Shown: positions 1 through 10,085, counted from the first letter of the stretch. The stretch is DNA of 64,000 nt from an uncultured Geobacteraceae bacterium (GCA_903939115.1 CAJAFV010000090.1:34075-98074), one strand, 5' to 3'. The notes: generated from the sequence alone by a model not told the origin. Translations and numbers: made by a program.

Positions 1-45
1 CAAGTAGTGCCCAATAGTTGGTCGCTCCCATTTGCCGGTCACATG

Positions 46-65
46 CTCGCAAAAGCGAGTTTTTT
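46..65 (+). terminator. possible intrinsic terminator of a + strand gene lying left of the window
   Basis: 5-bp stem ctcgc/gcgag with an aaaa loop, followed by a T6 run. The stem is short, so the call is weak. Confidence 0.3.
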
Positions 66-201
66 CATTGTATGGGAGATAGACTCAAAAGAGGGCGGGG
101 TCTGCGTGGCGACACGTTCAAGGCCACATTTTTTATAAAAACAACAGGGGACAGGAGCTATTCCAGACATCATTGATTAACCCCCGTAGCGTAAGGACAC
201 C

Positions 202-762
202 ATGGCTGCCGTACAAACTCCATTCGAGATACTTGGTCTCGCCCACGACAACTACACTGCCAAAAGCGCAAAAGAAGCTTACTACCGCCTTGTAAAAAAA
301 ATCCATCCAGACACAAATCCTGATAGAAAGGATGCCGAAGAGAGGATGAAAGAGGTTAATTGGGCTTACGGGATACTTGGGGGCGAAGAAACCTTTGCCA
401 CCTGGAAGAGGGATCAGGAACGGCTCGCACGCGAGAAAGCAGAGTGTGATGCTGAGATAGCAGAGATTAGGGCAAGAAGAGCTGAGCGTCAGAAACAGGT
501 CGATGAATGGCTGAGGAGAACGGCAGTAGCACAGGCTGAGATTGATCGTATCCTCGGGGAGGCTTATGACGAAGCTGTTAAAGAAGATAAGTGCAGAACA
601 GCCAAACGCAGAGAACGAGAAGAAAAAGAACGGAAAGAACGTATTAAAGAAAAAATTGATACCGTAAAAGGGTACTTCGGACTAGTTATTTTTGGAGGAA
701 TTGTTTACGCGGCAATAACATTCCTTTTTTTCCCTTACAAACTTTTCCCGATTGGGCATTGA
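202..762 (+). CDS. J-domain (DnaJ-like) protein with charged coiled-coil region and C-terminal membrane anchor
   Basis: 186-aa ORF. The N-terminus has a J-domain signature with the HPD tripeptide (YYRLVKKIHPDTNPD). The middle is K/E/R-rich. The C-terminus is hydrophobic (GLVIFGGIVYAAITFLFF). An AAGGA Shine-Dalgarno lies upstream. Confidence 0.75.
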   Translation: MAAVQTPFEILGLAHDNYTAKSAKEAYYRLVKKIHPDTNPDRKDAEERMKEVNWAYGILGGEETFATWKRDQERLAREKAECDAEIAEIRARRAERQKQVDEWLRRTAVAQAEIDRILGEAYDEAVKEDKCRTAKRREREEKERKERIKEKIDTVKGYFGLVIFGGIVYAAITFLFFPYKLFPIGH

Positions 763-802
763 ACACCGACAGCCATGGATGTCGCAATAATGGATGAGAT
801 AC

Positions 803-2773
803 CTAATCCCTACTCGGCATGAAGTAGAGTATATCCGCCTCCGTAACACTTCCCTTGGCCAGTCCCAGGCGTACTGCCGGAGACTTTTTCACCACGGTCC
901 CCTTCTTGCGTTTTTTCTCACCCTCCTTGAGCCGCCTGCGCTTGATGCCTTCTGTTTCAATCACATAATTGTGGTAAACTCGGAATATCTCCATCAGTTT
1001 TGCAACCATAATCGGCCTGTAAGCGTTGTAGCCGTGCCACTTCCTGTAGGCAGAGCTTGAAGAGCTTATTGCGCGTTCGAACAAGGATATACGTCTTCTG
1101 GACTGCATGAAGAAGCTATCAACATAATGTAGGCTCGCCCGGTCGTACTTCATGGCCATGTTGTCCTTCGAATGATCAAACATATCGTTCTTGATGTTCG
1201 TTAGGTAGCAGACCATCTTCTCTGGCTCGCTCATGGTGGCAAACGGGTGTTCAAGCCATAGGTCTCCCCACTTACCGTGAGGAGTCATTGAGTCCAAAAG
1301 TCCTCTGACTATGCATCGCCTGATGAAGTTGTCGGGCACATCCTCATATTCGCCGTTTTTGGCCACGAACTCGTCGCGTGTCCACTGCCACTTATTAACA
1401 AGCGCGAGTTTATGCGCTTGTGTGAGTTCCTTGCCGACCTTGACGTAGAAAGCATCGCAACTCTTATCCAATACTCTGTCGGCAAAGGCCCCGAGACAAG
1501 CAGCACGAATACCTGAGTCCTGATCCATGTAGAAGCACACGTAACCTATACCAGAAAGTTGCCTCAGGAGAAAAAAGAAGTGAGCATAGAGGGTGTATTC
1601 TGCATGGACCTGCATTCCCCATTCAGGAAGCCGGCTGTAGATATCAAGCTCATCATATGCTTCTATATCTGGTCGTTCCGCCGCCTGTCTATAGACAGCG
1701 TCAACCAACTCATCAATACGCGCCTGCCTTGATTTATTCCCATTGATAGTGGTGTTACCAACAGTCTCGTCGAAAGTAGTCGCAAGGTGGTCTGCTCGTA
1801 GCCACAAGCGAGCATACTTTCGAAAGGGTGGAAGCAATTTATGATCTTGCGTCGTGTGCAGGTCTGCTTCAACCTGCCGCAAATTCAGCGATGGCTCGTA
1901 GTTGAGGTGAGAGGCGAATACATAGCCAGTCCTGTTGTCGACACTGGCTATGGCATGCAACTTTATGTTTTTCTTATTGCCCTTTTGGAACCAGTTTATT
2001 GTGTGTTCCTGACGGTCGACAGAAATTTCCATCCACTTCTTTTTGAGGTTTGGCAGATCGCGCTCTCGGTGTGCAGCAAAAGCTACACACTGCCTGTAGA
2101 TGAAGTCAATTTTATCGTAGATGGCCTTCGGTGACATATTTGCAATGCGTGAGATGCTACGCAGCGGCACCTTGTTCATTAGGTTACGGAATATTGAGAT
2201 GTTCTCGCTAGACTTCCTCTGGCGGTGCGTGGACTTTTGTGCTTGAGAGAATGTCTTGAGGCAGAGCCTGCACTTCCAACGCGGCGAGCGGATTGATGTG
2301 TATCCGTTTTGCCAGTATGCATCTAGGTTTGATGCCGGCACCATGTTTTTGTGGTTGTCGCAATCCTCGTTCGGGCAGCAGGGCAGAGTTTCTTTTTGAT
2401 CAAGTGGGGCAGTCAGGCGGTCGAGCTCCTCTTTGATGCCAAGGTTGCTCTTAATGGGCGGGCATTCGTTACAAGACTGGCACTGGATATAAGGAATATT
2501 CCCAGCTCTTCCGGTCTTATATCTGACTGGCTTGACGGTCTGATCTTCTGTTGAAGTGGGCGGAGTGTTCTTGCTGCGGCCGGGATTTTTGCGAATACCC
2601 TCTGCGGGAGTGCTGAAGTTAGGACATGACGGGTTCTTGCAGAAATTTATCTGGATACCACCAACGGCATCTGGCACAACTAGCAATCCCGCGTTCAGTA
2701 TGGGTACTGGTTGAGACTGCTGCTCGATGCTTTGGTCGGGCCTGTCTTCCGTCGGCTCCACTGATTTTTCCAT
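803..2773 (-). CDS. large zinc-ribbon/HTH protein, probable DDE transposase-like (IS1/IS1595-like architecture)
   Basis: 656-aa ORF. It has several Cys clusters (FCKNPSCPNF, CQSCNECP, CCPNEDCDNH, KCRLCLKTFS), followed by an HTH-like segment (RSISRIANMSPKAIYDKI) and candidate acidic catalytic positions (ISVDRQ, FYMDQDSG). I could not identify terminal inverted repeats. Confidence 0.45.
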   Translation of the reverse strand: MEKSVEPTEDRPDQSIEQQSQPVPILNAGLLVVPDAVGGIQINFCKNPSCPNFSTPAEGIRKNPGRSKNTPPTSTEDQTVKPVRYKTGRAGNIPYIQCQSCNECPPIKSNLGIKEELDRLTAPLDQKETLPCCPNEDCDNHKNMVPASNLDAYWQNGYTSIRSPRWKCRLCLKTFSQAQKSTHRQRKSSENISIFRNLMNKVPLRSISRIANMSPKAIYDKIDFIYRQCVAFAAHRERDLPNLKKKWMEISVDRQEHTINWFQKGNKKNIKLHAIASVDNRTGYVFASHLNYEPSLNLRQVEADLHTTQDHKLLPPFRKYARLWLRADHLATTFDETVGNTTINGNKSRQARIDELVDAVYRQAAERPDIEAYDELDIYSRLPEWGMQVHAEYTLYAHFFFLLRQLSGIGYVCFYMDQDSGIRAACLGAFADRVLDKSCDAFYVKVGKELTQAHKLALVNKWQWTRDEFVAKNGEYEDVPDNFIRRCIVRGLLDSMTPHGKWGDLWLEHPFATMSEPEKMVCYLTNIKNDMFDHSKDNMAMKYDRASLHYVDSFFMQSRRRISLFERAISSSSSAYRKWHGYNAYRPIMVAKLMEIFRVYHNYVIETEGIKRRRLKEGEKKRKKGTVVKKSPAVRLGLAKGSVTEADILYFMPSRD

Positions 2774-3060
2774 AAAATAAACTCCCTTCGCCTTAGTGTT
2801 CTATCACAAATACTAAGACAAATGGAATTTTTCAACAGATTAAGTAAACGCCTAGACTTTCGGGTGGCCTTCTACGTTGCTACACTGTGTCTCTTGTAGC
2901 AAAGCATCAACTGTGAATGACTAACCTGAATCACTTTTGTGTCGCTGCCAGTCAACTGCGCACAATGGGTACAGCGAGAACAAGTCTGCCAGCCCCGATC
3001 CTAAAGGAAGAACCGAAGTTGCTGCTCCCGGTCCCTCCTTTTACCCTGTTCTTTTCCCCG

Positions 3061-3540
3061 TCAGTACATCATGCCGCCGACATAAATCCCAGCGGCCACG
3101 AATAAATCCTTCCCGGGAACCCGGTAGATATAGGTGATCTTCTTGGACGGTGACTTTTTACCCGGTTTCGGCCACATGTACTCCACCCACCCTTGGCCGG
3201 CACTCCTCGCGGTATTGACGAAGCTGACAAAGATTGCCTTGTCGGTCGGATCGGTTATCAGCAGGCAGTGGGGTAACTGTGTAAGTTCAGGTTGCATGGG
3301 ATGGGCAAGCATTTTGCCGTCCAGATTCATCAGGAATACATAGGTATCCTTCCAGACAAAATTACCCTTTGGGTCACTGATCTCACTGATTGCCGCCGCC
3401 AAGCCTTTCGAAGTAATCAATGCGGCGGCTTCATGGCTTTTAATTACGCACTCTTCCTTGGTCGCAGACTGCACGGCCCAGGCGTTCATGGAAAAACAGA
3501 GGCTCACAAGGATGGCCAGCACTATATTCATTTTTTTCAT
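3061..3540 (-). CDS. secreted single Cache (sCache_2-like) domain protein
   Basis: 159 aa with a signal peptide (MKKMNIVLAILVSLCFSMNAWA). Cache-type motifs are present (YVFLMNLDGKMLAHP, GWVEYMWPKPG, ITYIYRVPGKDLFVAAG). There is no transmembrane or output domain. A GGGAG SD precedes the start. Confidence 0.7.
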   Translation of the reverse strand: MKKMNIVLAILVSLCFSMNAWAVQSATKEECVIKSHEAAALITSKGLAAAISEISDPKGNFVWKDTYVFLMNLDGKMLAHPMQPELTQLPHCLLITDPTDKAIFVSFVNTARSAGQGWVEYMWPKPGKKSPSKKITYIYRVPGKDLFVAAGIYVGGMMY

Positions 3541-3605
3541 ATGATCTCCCGGTTCTATTAAGTTCTACTCGCTGCGGTCATTCCCGCTATTAAGGCAGGA
3601 CGTGA

Positions 3606-4175
3606 TTATTTGATCCAGGGCTTGCCTAGCGGCAGTACTGCCCTGCCGAATACCTGGGCATAAATGGATGAAGCCATCATGTACCAGGCCGCGAGGGCGC
3701 ACAGCATAAGCTCATAACCGGCGACGGGCGTCAAATCCGGATGCCCGAAATGGGCCAGGTCCAGCAGTATGAAGCCGACCAGCAGCAGGGTAAAGGTGAC
3801 CGCCATAGCGCCGTGAATTTTCATGGCCGGAATCCACATGACAAAAGTGTACAGTGTCCAGGCAATCAGAAACCAGCCGATGTCCTTACCGTCGGAATGG
3901 TATATGTTGAAATTATTCAGAATAAATATGATTCCAAGGGCAATCCAGAATGCCCCGTATGAAACGAACGCGCTGTAACCAAAATTATTGCCGCACTTGA
4001 ATTCTTGAAAACCGGCAACCAACTGCGCGAACCCGCCGAAGATGAAGGCAAGCGCCACTACTGGTCCGACTCCGCACCAGCCGACATTGTGAAACTGGAG
4101 GACCATCGTCGTAAGACCGAAACCCGCCAATCCGACGACCCCGGGGTTTCCTGCTGCTACTTGACCATTTGACAT
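3606..4175 (-). CDS. satP: GPR1/FUN34/YaaH-family acetate/succinate channel
   Basis: 189 aa with 6 predicted TM segments. The family signature NPGVVGLAGFGLTT is near the N-terminus, and YGAFW is also present. An AAGGAG SD precedes the start. Confidence 0.85.
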   Translation of the reverse strand: MSNGQVAAGNPGVVGLAGFGLTTMVLQFHNVGWCGVGPVVALAFIFGGFAQLVAGFQEFKCGNNFGYSAFVSYGAFWIALGIIFILNNFNIYHSDGKDIGWFLIAWTLYTFVMWIPAMKIHGAMAVTFTLLLVGFILLDLAHFGHPDLTPVAGYELMLCALAAWYMMASSIYAQVFGRAVLPLGKPWIK

Positions 4176-4664
4176 AGTAAAAGCTCCTTAGATTGATTTA
4201 CATTACAGCGTTATGTGCCTGTACAGTGAGGTGATTTCGTGGGACATAAGACACAAAACTCCGAAGCTTCAACTTTTGTCGACGGCCTCCTGTTAGGTGG
4301 TTTTATTGAGTTGAAATCTTCAAACATCCTTTCACAGGAGTCAAACTAATACGCGCATACCATAAATGTCAAAGACATTCTGAGCCTAATGCACAGTAAT
4401 ATGTGTGAATCGGTTAATAATAACTCTCCCGCTACTATGAATGCCCGTTGTAATCGGCAGGGTACTATTTTGAGTGGGCCGTGCTACAGCTCTGAAGGAG
4501 GATTAAAGCTTGAGTCTGGTTCACACCGCTCCTGCTTTTCGAGGGGTTATGACTGAAGTGAGTCGAAAAAAGGGAAGTAAGGCGTCATGTGCACGTCCAG
4601 TTGAAGACGTTCTCGCTATGCCAGTTTTATCTGCAGGATCCATCAGGACTTGAGACGGTGTGGG

Positions 4665-5210
4665 TTACTCAGGTTTTGTGCCGATTTTACGGCATTCTCC
4701 GATGGAACCTTTTGCACAGATACTTTTGTCAACCCAGATAGCACCATCAAGGATAGCCTGATCGAGTTTCGCGGCGGTCAGCGCCGACTGATAGAAGCTT
4801 GCCATTTTCAGGTTTGCTCCGGTCATGTCAGACCGTTCAAGATTAGAACCCATCATGTTGGCGCGCTCGAGATTGGACCCTCTCATGTCTGCGCCTTTCA
4901 GGTCACAATCGCTCAGATTCAATCCAATAAGGTTGAGTCCACTCAGATTTCTGCCGGCGAGGTTTCGTGTGGTCCTCAGAATTTCAGTAATCTGCTCGAA
5001 GGAGAGCTTCTCACCCGGTTTCGGTTCATTAAAGGGTGTGTTTTTTGTGTCAGGTACGGTAGCTGCCGAAGCATTGGGTGTTGTGGCTGAAATGCCGATA
5101 TCGCTGTTGGTGTAGACCTCTTGGGCCAAGGCTGGTGATGGTTTTTGAAATGTGCCGGTAATCGCCAGATACAGACATGTCATAATGAGTACTCTCAATT
5201 TTGGTGCCAT
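4665..5210 (-). CDS. exported pentapeptide-repeat protein
   Basis: Tandem A(D/N)LXX repeats (LSGLNLIGLNLSDCDLKGADMRGSNLERANMMGSNLERSDMTGANL). I chose the start at ATG 5210 because it has an AGGGGG SD and a signal peptide (MAPKLRVLIMTCLYLAITG). The ORF can extend to 5246. Confidence 0.75.
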   Translation of the reverse strand: MAPKLRVLIMTCLYLAITGTFQKPSPALAQEVYTNSDIGISATTPNASAATVPDTKNTPFNEPKPGEKLSFEQITEILRTTRNLAGRNLSGLNLIGLNLSDCDLKGADMRGSNLERANMMGSNLERSDMTGANLKMASFYQSALTAAKLDQAILDGAIWVDKSICAKGSIGECRKIGTKPE

Positions 5211-5692
5211 GTAATACCCCCTTTTGAATTGAGCATAATGATACATTTAGTGCGGGACGGAAAATGAGACCGTTCTTACAGTGACGTAGAGGTAGGCACT
5301 TAAAAGTTTTCATCCTGTTCTCCTATTTGGCTCCTTGTCGTACCGCATTTCACAAAGTCAGAGCCTTTAACTTGATGCCGAAAGTCACGTAAAAACTATA
5401 CAATTAAAATTTCCAATGAACAAACAGATAAAATAGGGTAACTCAATTTTCCTGGGTCGCATTCGGGGTTAAATTACAGGTTCGAGTCCGCCGGGATCAA
5501 AGTATTTGATGCCCCAACCGGCGAGGATCATGAAAGCCATCTTCATAGAGGACGAATGGCAGCTGAAAGAGTATTTCGGGAGCAAATGGAGGGAAGCCGC
5601 TAAAATGACGATTGCGAAAAAGCTAAGGGAATTTTTAATCTAAATTTCAAATGCCACCGACCAATAATCGGCTAAGTAACTGGTATTTCGAG

Positions 5693-5745
5693 CTGGATAA
5701 CCTTTCCACAAAAAATGTGGATAACCCTGTTGAAGCTGTGGATAT
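5693..5745. promoter_or_regulatory. three GGATA(A/T) repeats, DnaA-box-like or iteron-like
   Basis: ctGGATAACc at 5693-5701, a perfect DnaA box complement TGTGGATAA at 5716-5724, and TGTGGATAT at 5737-5745. Spacing is about 21-24 bp, and an AT-rich stretch follows at 5745-5875. Confidence 0.3.
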
Positions 5746-6111
5746 GTTTCATAAATGTAACGAAAATACTACTGTTTTATCGGTTTGCTCAGTGAATAGA
5801 CACAGCATGTAAGTGTCTGTATTTACGTGTCAATGGTTATTTTGCATTGCCTTATTTACTCATTAAAAAGGTTGGCAGTGCTCGATCCTAAAAAATAGGC
5901 ACTATATCAGCTACTAACGAAAAAACAGGTTCTATACGGGCAGATCATCACGGTCTGCCTTTCTGGATTTAACCCCAAAGGGGACTGCAAAAGCCCTTAT
6001 TATTTTATCCAAAATGAGATCGCCATGGTCGTTCGCACATTGTTCGGAACTGAGGAAGTCCTCACCAAGACCCACAGCACGTGCGCTAGAGGTTACACCA
6101 GAGGTTACGCA

Positions 6112-6150
6112 ATAAGCAAAAGCGGCTAGGAATTAACCTAACCGCTTGTT
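6112..6150 (-). terminator. hairpin terminator just 3' of tRNA-Arg (bidirectional shape)
   Basis: 11-bp stem aagcggctagg / cctaaccgctt (one G-U pair) with a 6-nt loop. T-rich tracts flank it on both strands. Confidence 0.6.
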
Positions 6151-6154
6151 TTTA

Positions 6155-6231
6155 TTGGTACGCCCGGACCGATTCGAACGGCCGACACCCAGGTTCGAAG
6201 CCTGGTACTCTATCCAGCTGAGCTACGGGCG
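6155..6231 (-). tRNA. tRNA-Arg (anticodon UCG)
   Basis: The reverse complement is GCGCCCGTAGCTCAGCTGGATAGAGTACCAGGCTTCGAACCTGGGTGTCGGCCGTTCGAATCGGTCCGGGCGTACCA. It folds as a cloverleaf with anticodon loop CTTCGAA and an encoded CCA. It is very similar to enterobacterial tRNA-Arg. Confidence 0.95.
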
Positions 6232-6348
6232 CGTAAACTCTTAATCCCGTCTCAAACACCCTCTTTGATCTGGAATTGGTGTACGGATCAACTGAAGGTT
6301 TGGATTAATACCACACTCTCGCTAAAAACAGAACCAAATTTGTCAGAA

Positions 6349-7254
6349 TTACTCCGGCCGTTTCTCATACTGGTCAATAAACGACTGTACCTGCCGCGCG
6401 GCTTCGCTTTTAGACTCGAGTTTTAGGTACCGCTTCCATATGACAAGAGCTTTTGGAATGTTGTTCAGGTCGAAGGCATACACGTAACCACTATTGTACA
6501 GGCTTTCGAGATTCTTCGGGTCTTTTGAGCTCGCCAGCTCAAAGTTTGCCAAAGCTTTATTGAAATCTCCGATCTGGCGATACATGGCACCCTGGTCATT
6601 CAGGATGTCGGTGTCGCCAGGTCGCAATGCGAGTGCCCGGTCATAAGCCTTGATCGCCAACTCAGGTTGGTCGGTATCAAAATAAATGTTTCCGAGCTCT
6701 TTCCACGTATCAGCCGTTGCCTCTTTTGAATCCGCGATTTTTTGTAGACGTTCTATCTGCTGCAGTTGGTCGCTGCTTAATGGCGGGGTCTCGGTTGTGG
6801 CCGACTCGGGCTCCCCCTCATTTTCATTTTCATCATCCAGGGTCGGACAGATGCGCTGGGCTGCATTTTCAAGGAGAGATCCGGGGAGTATCGGTTCAGG
6901 CAGCGACCCGCCCTGAAGACGCTTTAGCCGTGCCCGTGACGCGCCGAGGATATCAATCAGCCCGAGTAGTGCGGTCTGCTCACTACAGTCGATTTCATAG
7001 TACTCAAGATGTGAACGATAGCGCTTGTCCTTGTACTCCTCCGCTGCTAATGCACGATCTGCTTCTCCCCGGGGGATAAACCGGAGCCATATTTCAAGGC
7101 GCCCCAGAGGAGTCAGCCGGATCGACTGTTCGTCATACGACACCTTATAGCGAGCCGTGCCGTTCAGCGCTTGCCACTGCACGGCGTCGGCGCTCTGTAG
7201 AAGTCCACACAGGAGCGCTATCAGTACACAAAGTTGAAAGAAATAGGGTGGCAT
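6349..7254 (-). CDS. exported TPR-repeat protein
   Basis: The C-terminal half carries TPR repeats (WKELGNIYFDTDQPELAIKAYDRALALRPGD, NDQGAMYRQIGDFNKALANFELA). I chose ATG 7254, which gives the signal peptide MPPYFFQLCVLIALLCGLLQSADA. The ORF can extend to 7365. Confidence 0.7.
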   Translation of the reverse strand: MPPYFFQLCVLIALLCGLLQSADAVQWQALNGTARYKVSYDEQSIRLTPLGRLEIWLRFIPRGEADRALAAEEYKDKRYRSHLEYYEIDCSEQTALLGLIDILGASRARLKRLQGGSLPEPILPGSLLENAAQRICPTLDDENENEGEPESATTETPPLSSDQLQQIERLQKIADSKEATADTWKELGNIYFDTDQPELAIKAYDRALALRPGDTDILNDQGAMYRQIGDFNKALANFELASSKDPKNLESLYNSGYVYAFDLNNIPKALVIWKRYLKLESKSEAARQVQSFIDQYEKRPE

Positions 7255-7486
7255 ACGTCGTCCCGTCCAGTTACGTGGTAGTGAGCTTCTTTGCCGCCAA
7301 TTCAGACAGATACCGCATTTATGCGTATGTATCTGTCCGTTGTCAAGCAGCTTTAGCATTTCCAAATAGAGTGGCGGTTGTAAACGCTTGAAAATGGAAA
7401 AAAATTTACAGGGTGTTGTGTAATATGGTAGTAATACGATTCTTTAAATGTTGGCTTTGATGGTTGATTTCCAATGGGGTACGTGA

Positions 7487-9352
7487 ATGTTGCTTGAAAA
7501 TATAAATTCGCCATCAGATCTTAAAAAACTGAGACCGGAACAATTACCGGCGCTTGCTGCCGAGGTTCGCACATTCCTTCTGGATACGGTTTCTACCACC
7601 GGTGGTCATCTCGGCTCAAATCTCGGAACGGTTGAACTGTCAATTGCCCTGCACTACTGTTTCGACTCCCCCAATGATAAAATTATATGGGACGTCGGGC
7701 ATCAGGCCTATACACACAAGATTCTCACCGGGCGGCGCGACCGTTTCCATACCCAGCGCCAGTACAAGGGCATTTCCGGTTTTCCAAAACGCAGCGAGTC
7801 AGAGCATGATGCTTTTGGGGTCGGGCACGCCTCGACATCGATCTCAGCCGGACTCGGCATGGCTGCTGCAGCAGGCATTGAGGGGAAGCGGAATCATTCC
7901 ATAGCGGTCATTGGTGATGGCTCTCTGACTGGCGGTATGGCTTTTGAGGCGCTGAATCAGGCGGGGCATCTCAAAAAGAACCTGATTGTCATTCTGAACG
8001 ATAACGAAATGTCGATATCCAAAAATGTGGGTGCTTTTTCCGCGTTTATTTCACGTAAAATGACGGGGCGGTATTATCGTGATTTAAAAAAAGAGATGCA
8101 GGTACTGCTTAAGCATATTCCGGCTTTTGGTACCGATATCCTGCATTTTGCCCGCCGCGCGGAAAATTCTCTGAAGAGTTTTCTCACTCCCGGATCTCTC
8201 TTTGAAGCGCTTGGTTTCGATTATATCGGCCCTTTGGATGGTCACAATCTGCAGCAGTTGGTTGATGTCTTCAAAAACATACATGAGCTTGACGGCCCTC
8301 TGCTTGTTCATGTTTTGACGACTAAAGGAAAAGGGTACAAGCCTGCCGAAGATACGCCTTCAAAATACCATGGTGTGGGGGCTTTTGACGTGGCTACCGG
8401 TAAAGGTGCGCCCAAGCCGAGCATCAAATCGTATACGGATGTTTTTGGTGAAACGTTGATTCAGCTGGCTGCAGAAGACCCTAAAATAATTGCTATAACC
8501 GCTGCCATGCCCGATGGTACCGGACTTAACCCGTTTAGTCAGCGTTTCCCGGAGCGTTTTTTCGATGTCGGTATTGCCGAACAACATGCCATGACATTTG
8601 CGGCCGGTCTGGCAGCAGAAGGATTCAAGCCGGTAGTCGCCGTTTATTCCACCTTTGTACAGCGCGCCTACGATCAGGTTTTTCACGATATCTGTCTGCA
8701 GCATCTACCGGTAACCATAGCCATGGATCGTGCCGGATTGGTGGGTGATGACGGCCCGACTCATCATGGCGCGTTTGACCTTTCCTATTTACGGCACCTG
8801 CCGGGAATATCAATTATGGCCCCGAAGGATGAGAATGAATTGCGCCATATGCTCAAGACCGCTATTTATTCGGGCGTTCCAATTGCGCTTCGCTATCCGC
8901 GCGGTGCCGGATACGGTGTCGAGTTGGATCGTGATGTGAAATGCCTTGAAATAGGGAAGGGTGAACAGCTGGTTTATGGTAACGATCTGACAATAATTGC
9001 GATTGGAGCAACTGTGTTTCCGGCACTTCTGGCGGCAGAAGCACTTGGAATAAACGGTATTTCCGCCGGAGTGGTTAATGCCCGTTTTGTTAAGCCGCTT
9101 GATACGGAACTGATCTTGAGTGTCGCCCGTCAGACCGGCATGATTATGACTGTGGAGGAAAATGCCTTGCAGGGTGGTTTTGGCAGTGCCGTTTTGGAAC
9201 TGCTCTATGATAATAATCTGCAAAATGTAAAAGTGCGGCGTCTTGGACTGCCCGATCATTTTGTTGAGCAGGGGAGTCAGGCCCAGTTGCGCAAGGATGT
9301 CGGGATTGATGCAGAAGGAATTATTGCATCTGCAACAGAATTCATGAAATGA
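7487..9352 (+). CDS. dxs: 1-deoxy-D-xylulose-5-phosphate synthase
   Basis: 621 aa, collinear with Dxs over the full length. The ThDP-binding motif [16 protein letters not shown]...ILNDNEMSI and the [13 protein letters not shown] box are present. Confidence 0.97.
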   Translation: MLLENINSPSDLKKLRPEQLPALAAEVRTFLLDTVSTTGGHLGSNLGTVELSIALHYCFDSPNDKIIWDVGHQAYTHKILTGRRDRFHTQRQYKGISGFPKRSESEHDAFGVGHASTSISAGLGMAAAAGIEGKRNHSIAVIGDGSLTGGMAFEALNQAGHLKKNLIVILNDNEMSISKNVGAFSAFISRKMTGRYYRDLKKEMQVLLKHIPAFGTDILHFARRAENSLKSFLTPGSLFEALGFDYIGPLDGHNLQQLVDVFKNIHELDGPLLVHVLTTKGKGYKPAEDTPSKYHGVGAFDVATGKGAPKPSIKSYTDVFGETLIQLAAEDPKIIAITAAMPDGTGLNPFSQRFPERFFDVGIAEQHAMTFAAGLAAEGFKPVVAVYSTFVQRAYDQVFHDICLQHLPVTIAMDRAGLVGDDGPTHHGAFDLSYLRHLPGISIMAPKDENELRHMLKTAIYSGVPIALRYPRGAGYGVELDRDVKCLEIGKGEQLVYGNDLTIIAIGATVFPALLAAEALGINGISAGVVNARFVKPLDTELILSVARQTGMIMTVEENALQGGFGSAVLELLYDNNLQNVKVRRLGLPDHFVEQGSQAQLRKDVGIDAEGIIASATEFMK

Positions 9353-9359
9353 GGTTATT

Positions 9360-10085
9360 ATGACATCAGAAACAGCTCGGAAAAAAATAATATTTGCCCT
9401 CGATGTGCATGGTCTTGACGACATTGACCGGTGGGCAGAAACATTGGCTGATAAAGTCGGCATGTTCAAGGTCGGGAAAGAGCTGTTCACCTCCTGCGGT
9501 CCGGCAGCGGTCAAGGCTGTTCAGCGCCATGGCGGCCAGGTTTTTCTTGATCTTAAATATCATGACATCCCGAACACCGTGGCACATGCGATGCTGGGAG
9601 CTGCCCGCCTCGGCGTCCAGCTTGCCAATCTGCATGCGCTGGGTGGCGCTGAAATGATGGAAGCCGCGGCTAATGCCGTGCACAAGGAGTTTAATGATAC
9701 TGAGCGTCCCCGGCTTCTGGCGGTGACTATTTTGACTTCGTCCACCGTTGAAACACTGAGGCAGGTCGGCATCGAACATTCAGTTCAGGATATGGTGGTT
9801 CGTCTTGCCCGTCTTGCCCAGGCGTCCGGTATGGATGGTGTGGTGGCCTCTCCGCTTGAAATCGGCCTGATCAGGGAAGCCTGCGGCCCCGGTTTTCTCA
9901 TCGTGACTCCGGGAGTGCGGCCTTCTTTCGCGTCTGTCGATGATCAGAAAAGAATAATGACACCGGCGGAAGCGGTATGCTGTGGTGCCGACTATCTGGT
10001 AATCGGCCGCCCGATCGCCAAAGCGCCCGATCCTGCTCAGGCAGCAGAGTGTATCGCTGCCGAGATAGCGGAAGGTGCCGTATGA
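9360..10085 (+). CDS. pyrF: orotidine-5'-phosphate decarboxylase
   Basis: 241 aa. Contains KIIFALDV and the active-site FLDLKYHDIPNTV motif. Confidence 0.95.
   Translation: MTSETARKKIIFALDVHGLDDIDRWAETLADKVGMFKVGKELFTSCGPAAVKAVQRHGGQVFLDLKYHDIPNTVAHAMLGAARLGVQLANLHALGGAEMMEAAANAVHKEFNDTERPRLLAVTILTSSTVETLRQVGIEHSVQDMVVRLARLAQASGMDGVVASPLEIGLIREACGPGFLIVTPGVRPSFASVDDQKRIMTPAEAVCCGADYLVIGRPIAKAPDPAQAAECIAAEIAEGAV

Noticed and set aside
4510-4653. A 47-codon + strand ORF with a strong GAAGGAGG SD in the 490-bp gap upstream of satP.
   Set aside because: It has a TTG start, no recognisable motif, and ends inside the 3' end of the pentapeptide gene on the opposite strand. I cannot support it from sequence alone. 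It is worth a look only if ribosome profiling data exist.
5478-5500. GGTTCGAGTCCGCCGGGATCA looks like a tRNA T-arm plus acceptor 3' fragment, and so a possible att-site remnant.
   Set aside because: The 5' half of the T-stem is missing. The implied acceptor stem would begin with U. There is no CCA or matching tRNA in the window. It may be coincidental, so I kept it only as a note.
5530-5643. A 37-aa ORF (MKAIFIEDEWQLKEYFGSKWREAAKMTIAKKLREFLI) in the ORF-free region.
   Set aside because: It has no SD, no motif and is too short to evaluate. It could be a gene remnant.
9977-10081. A longer rlmB ORF start at 9977.
   Set aside because: The extension lies within pyrF in another frame. The ATG at 10082 gives the conserved N-terminus and an ATGA stop/start overlap.
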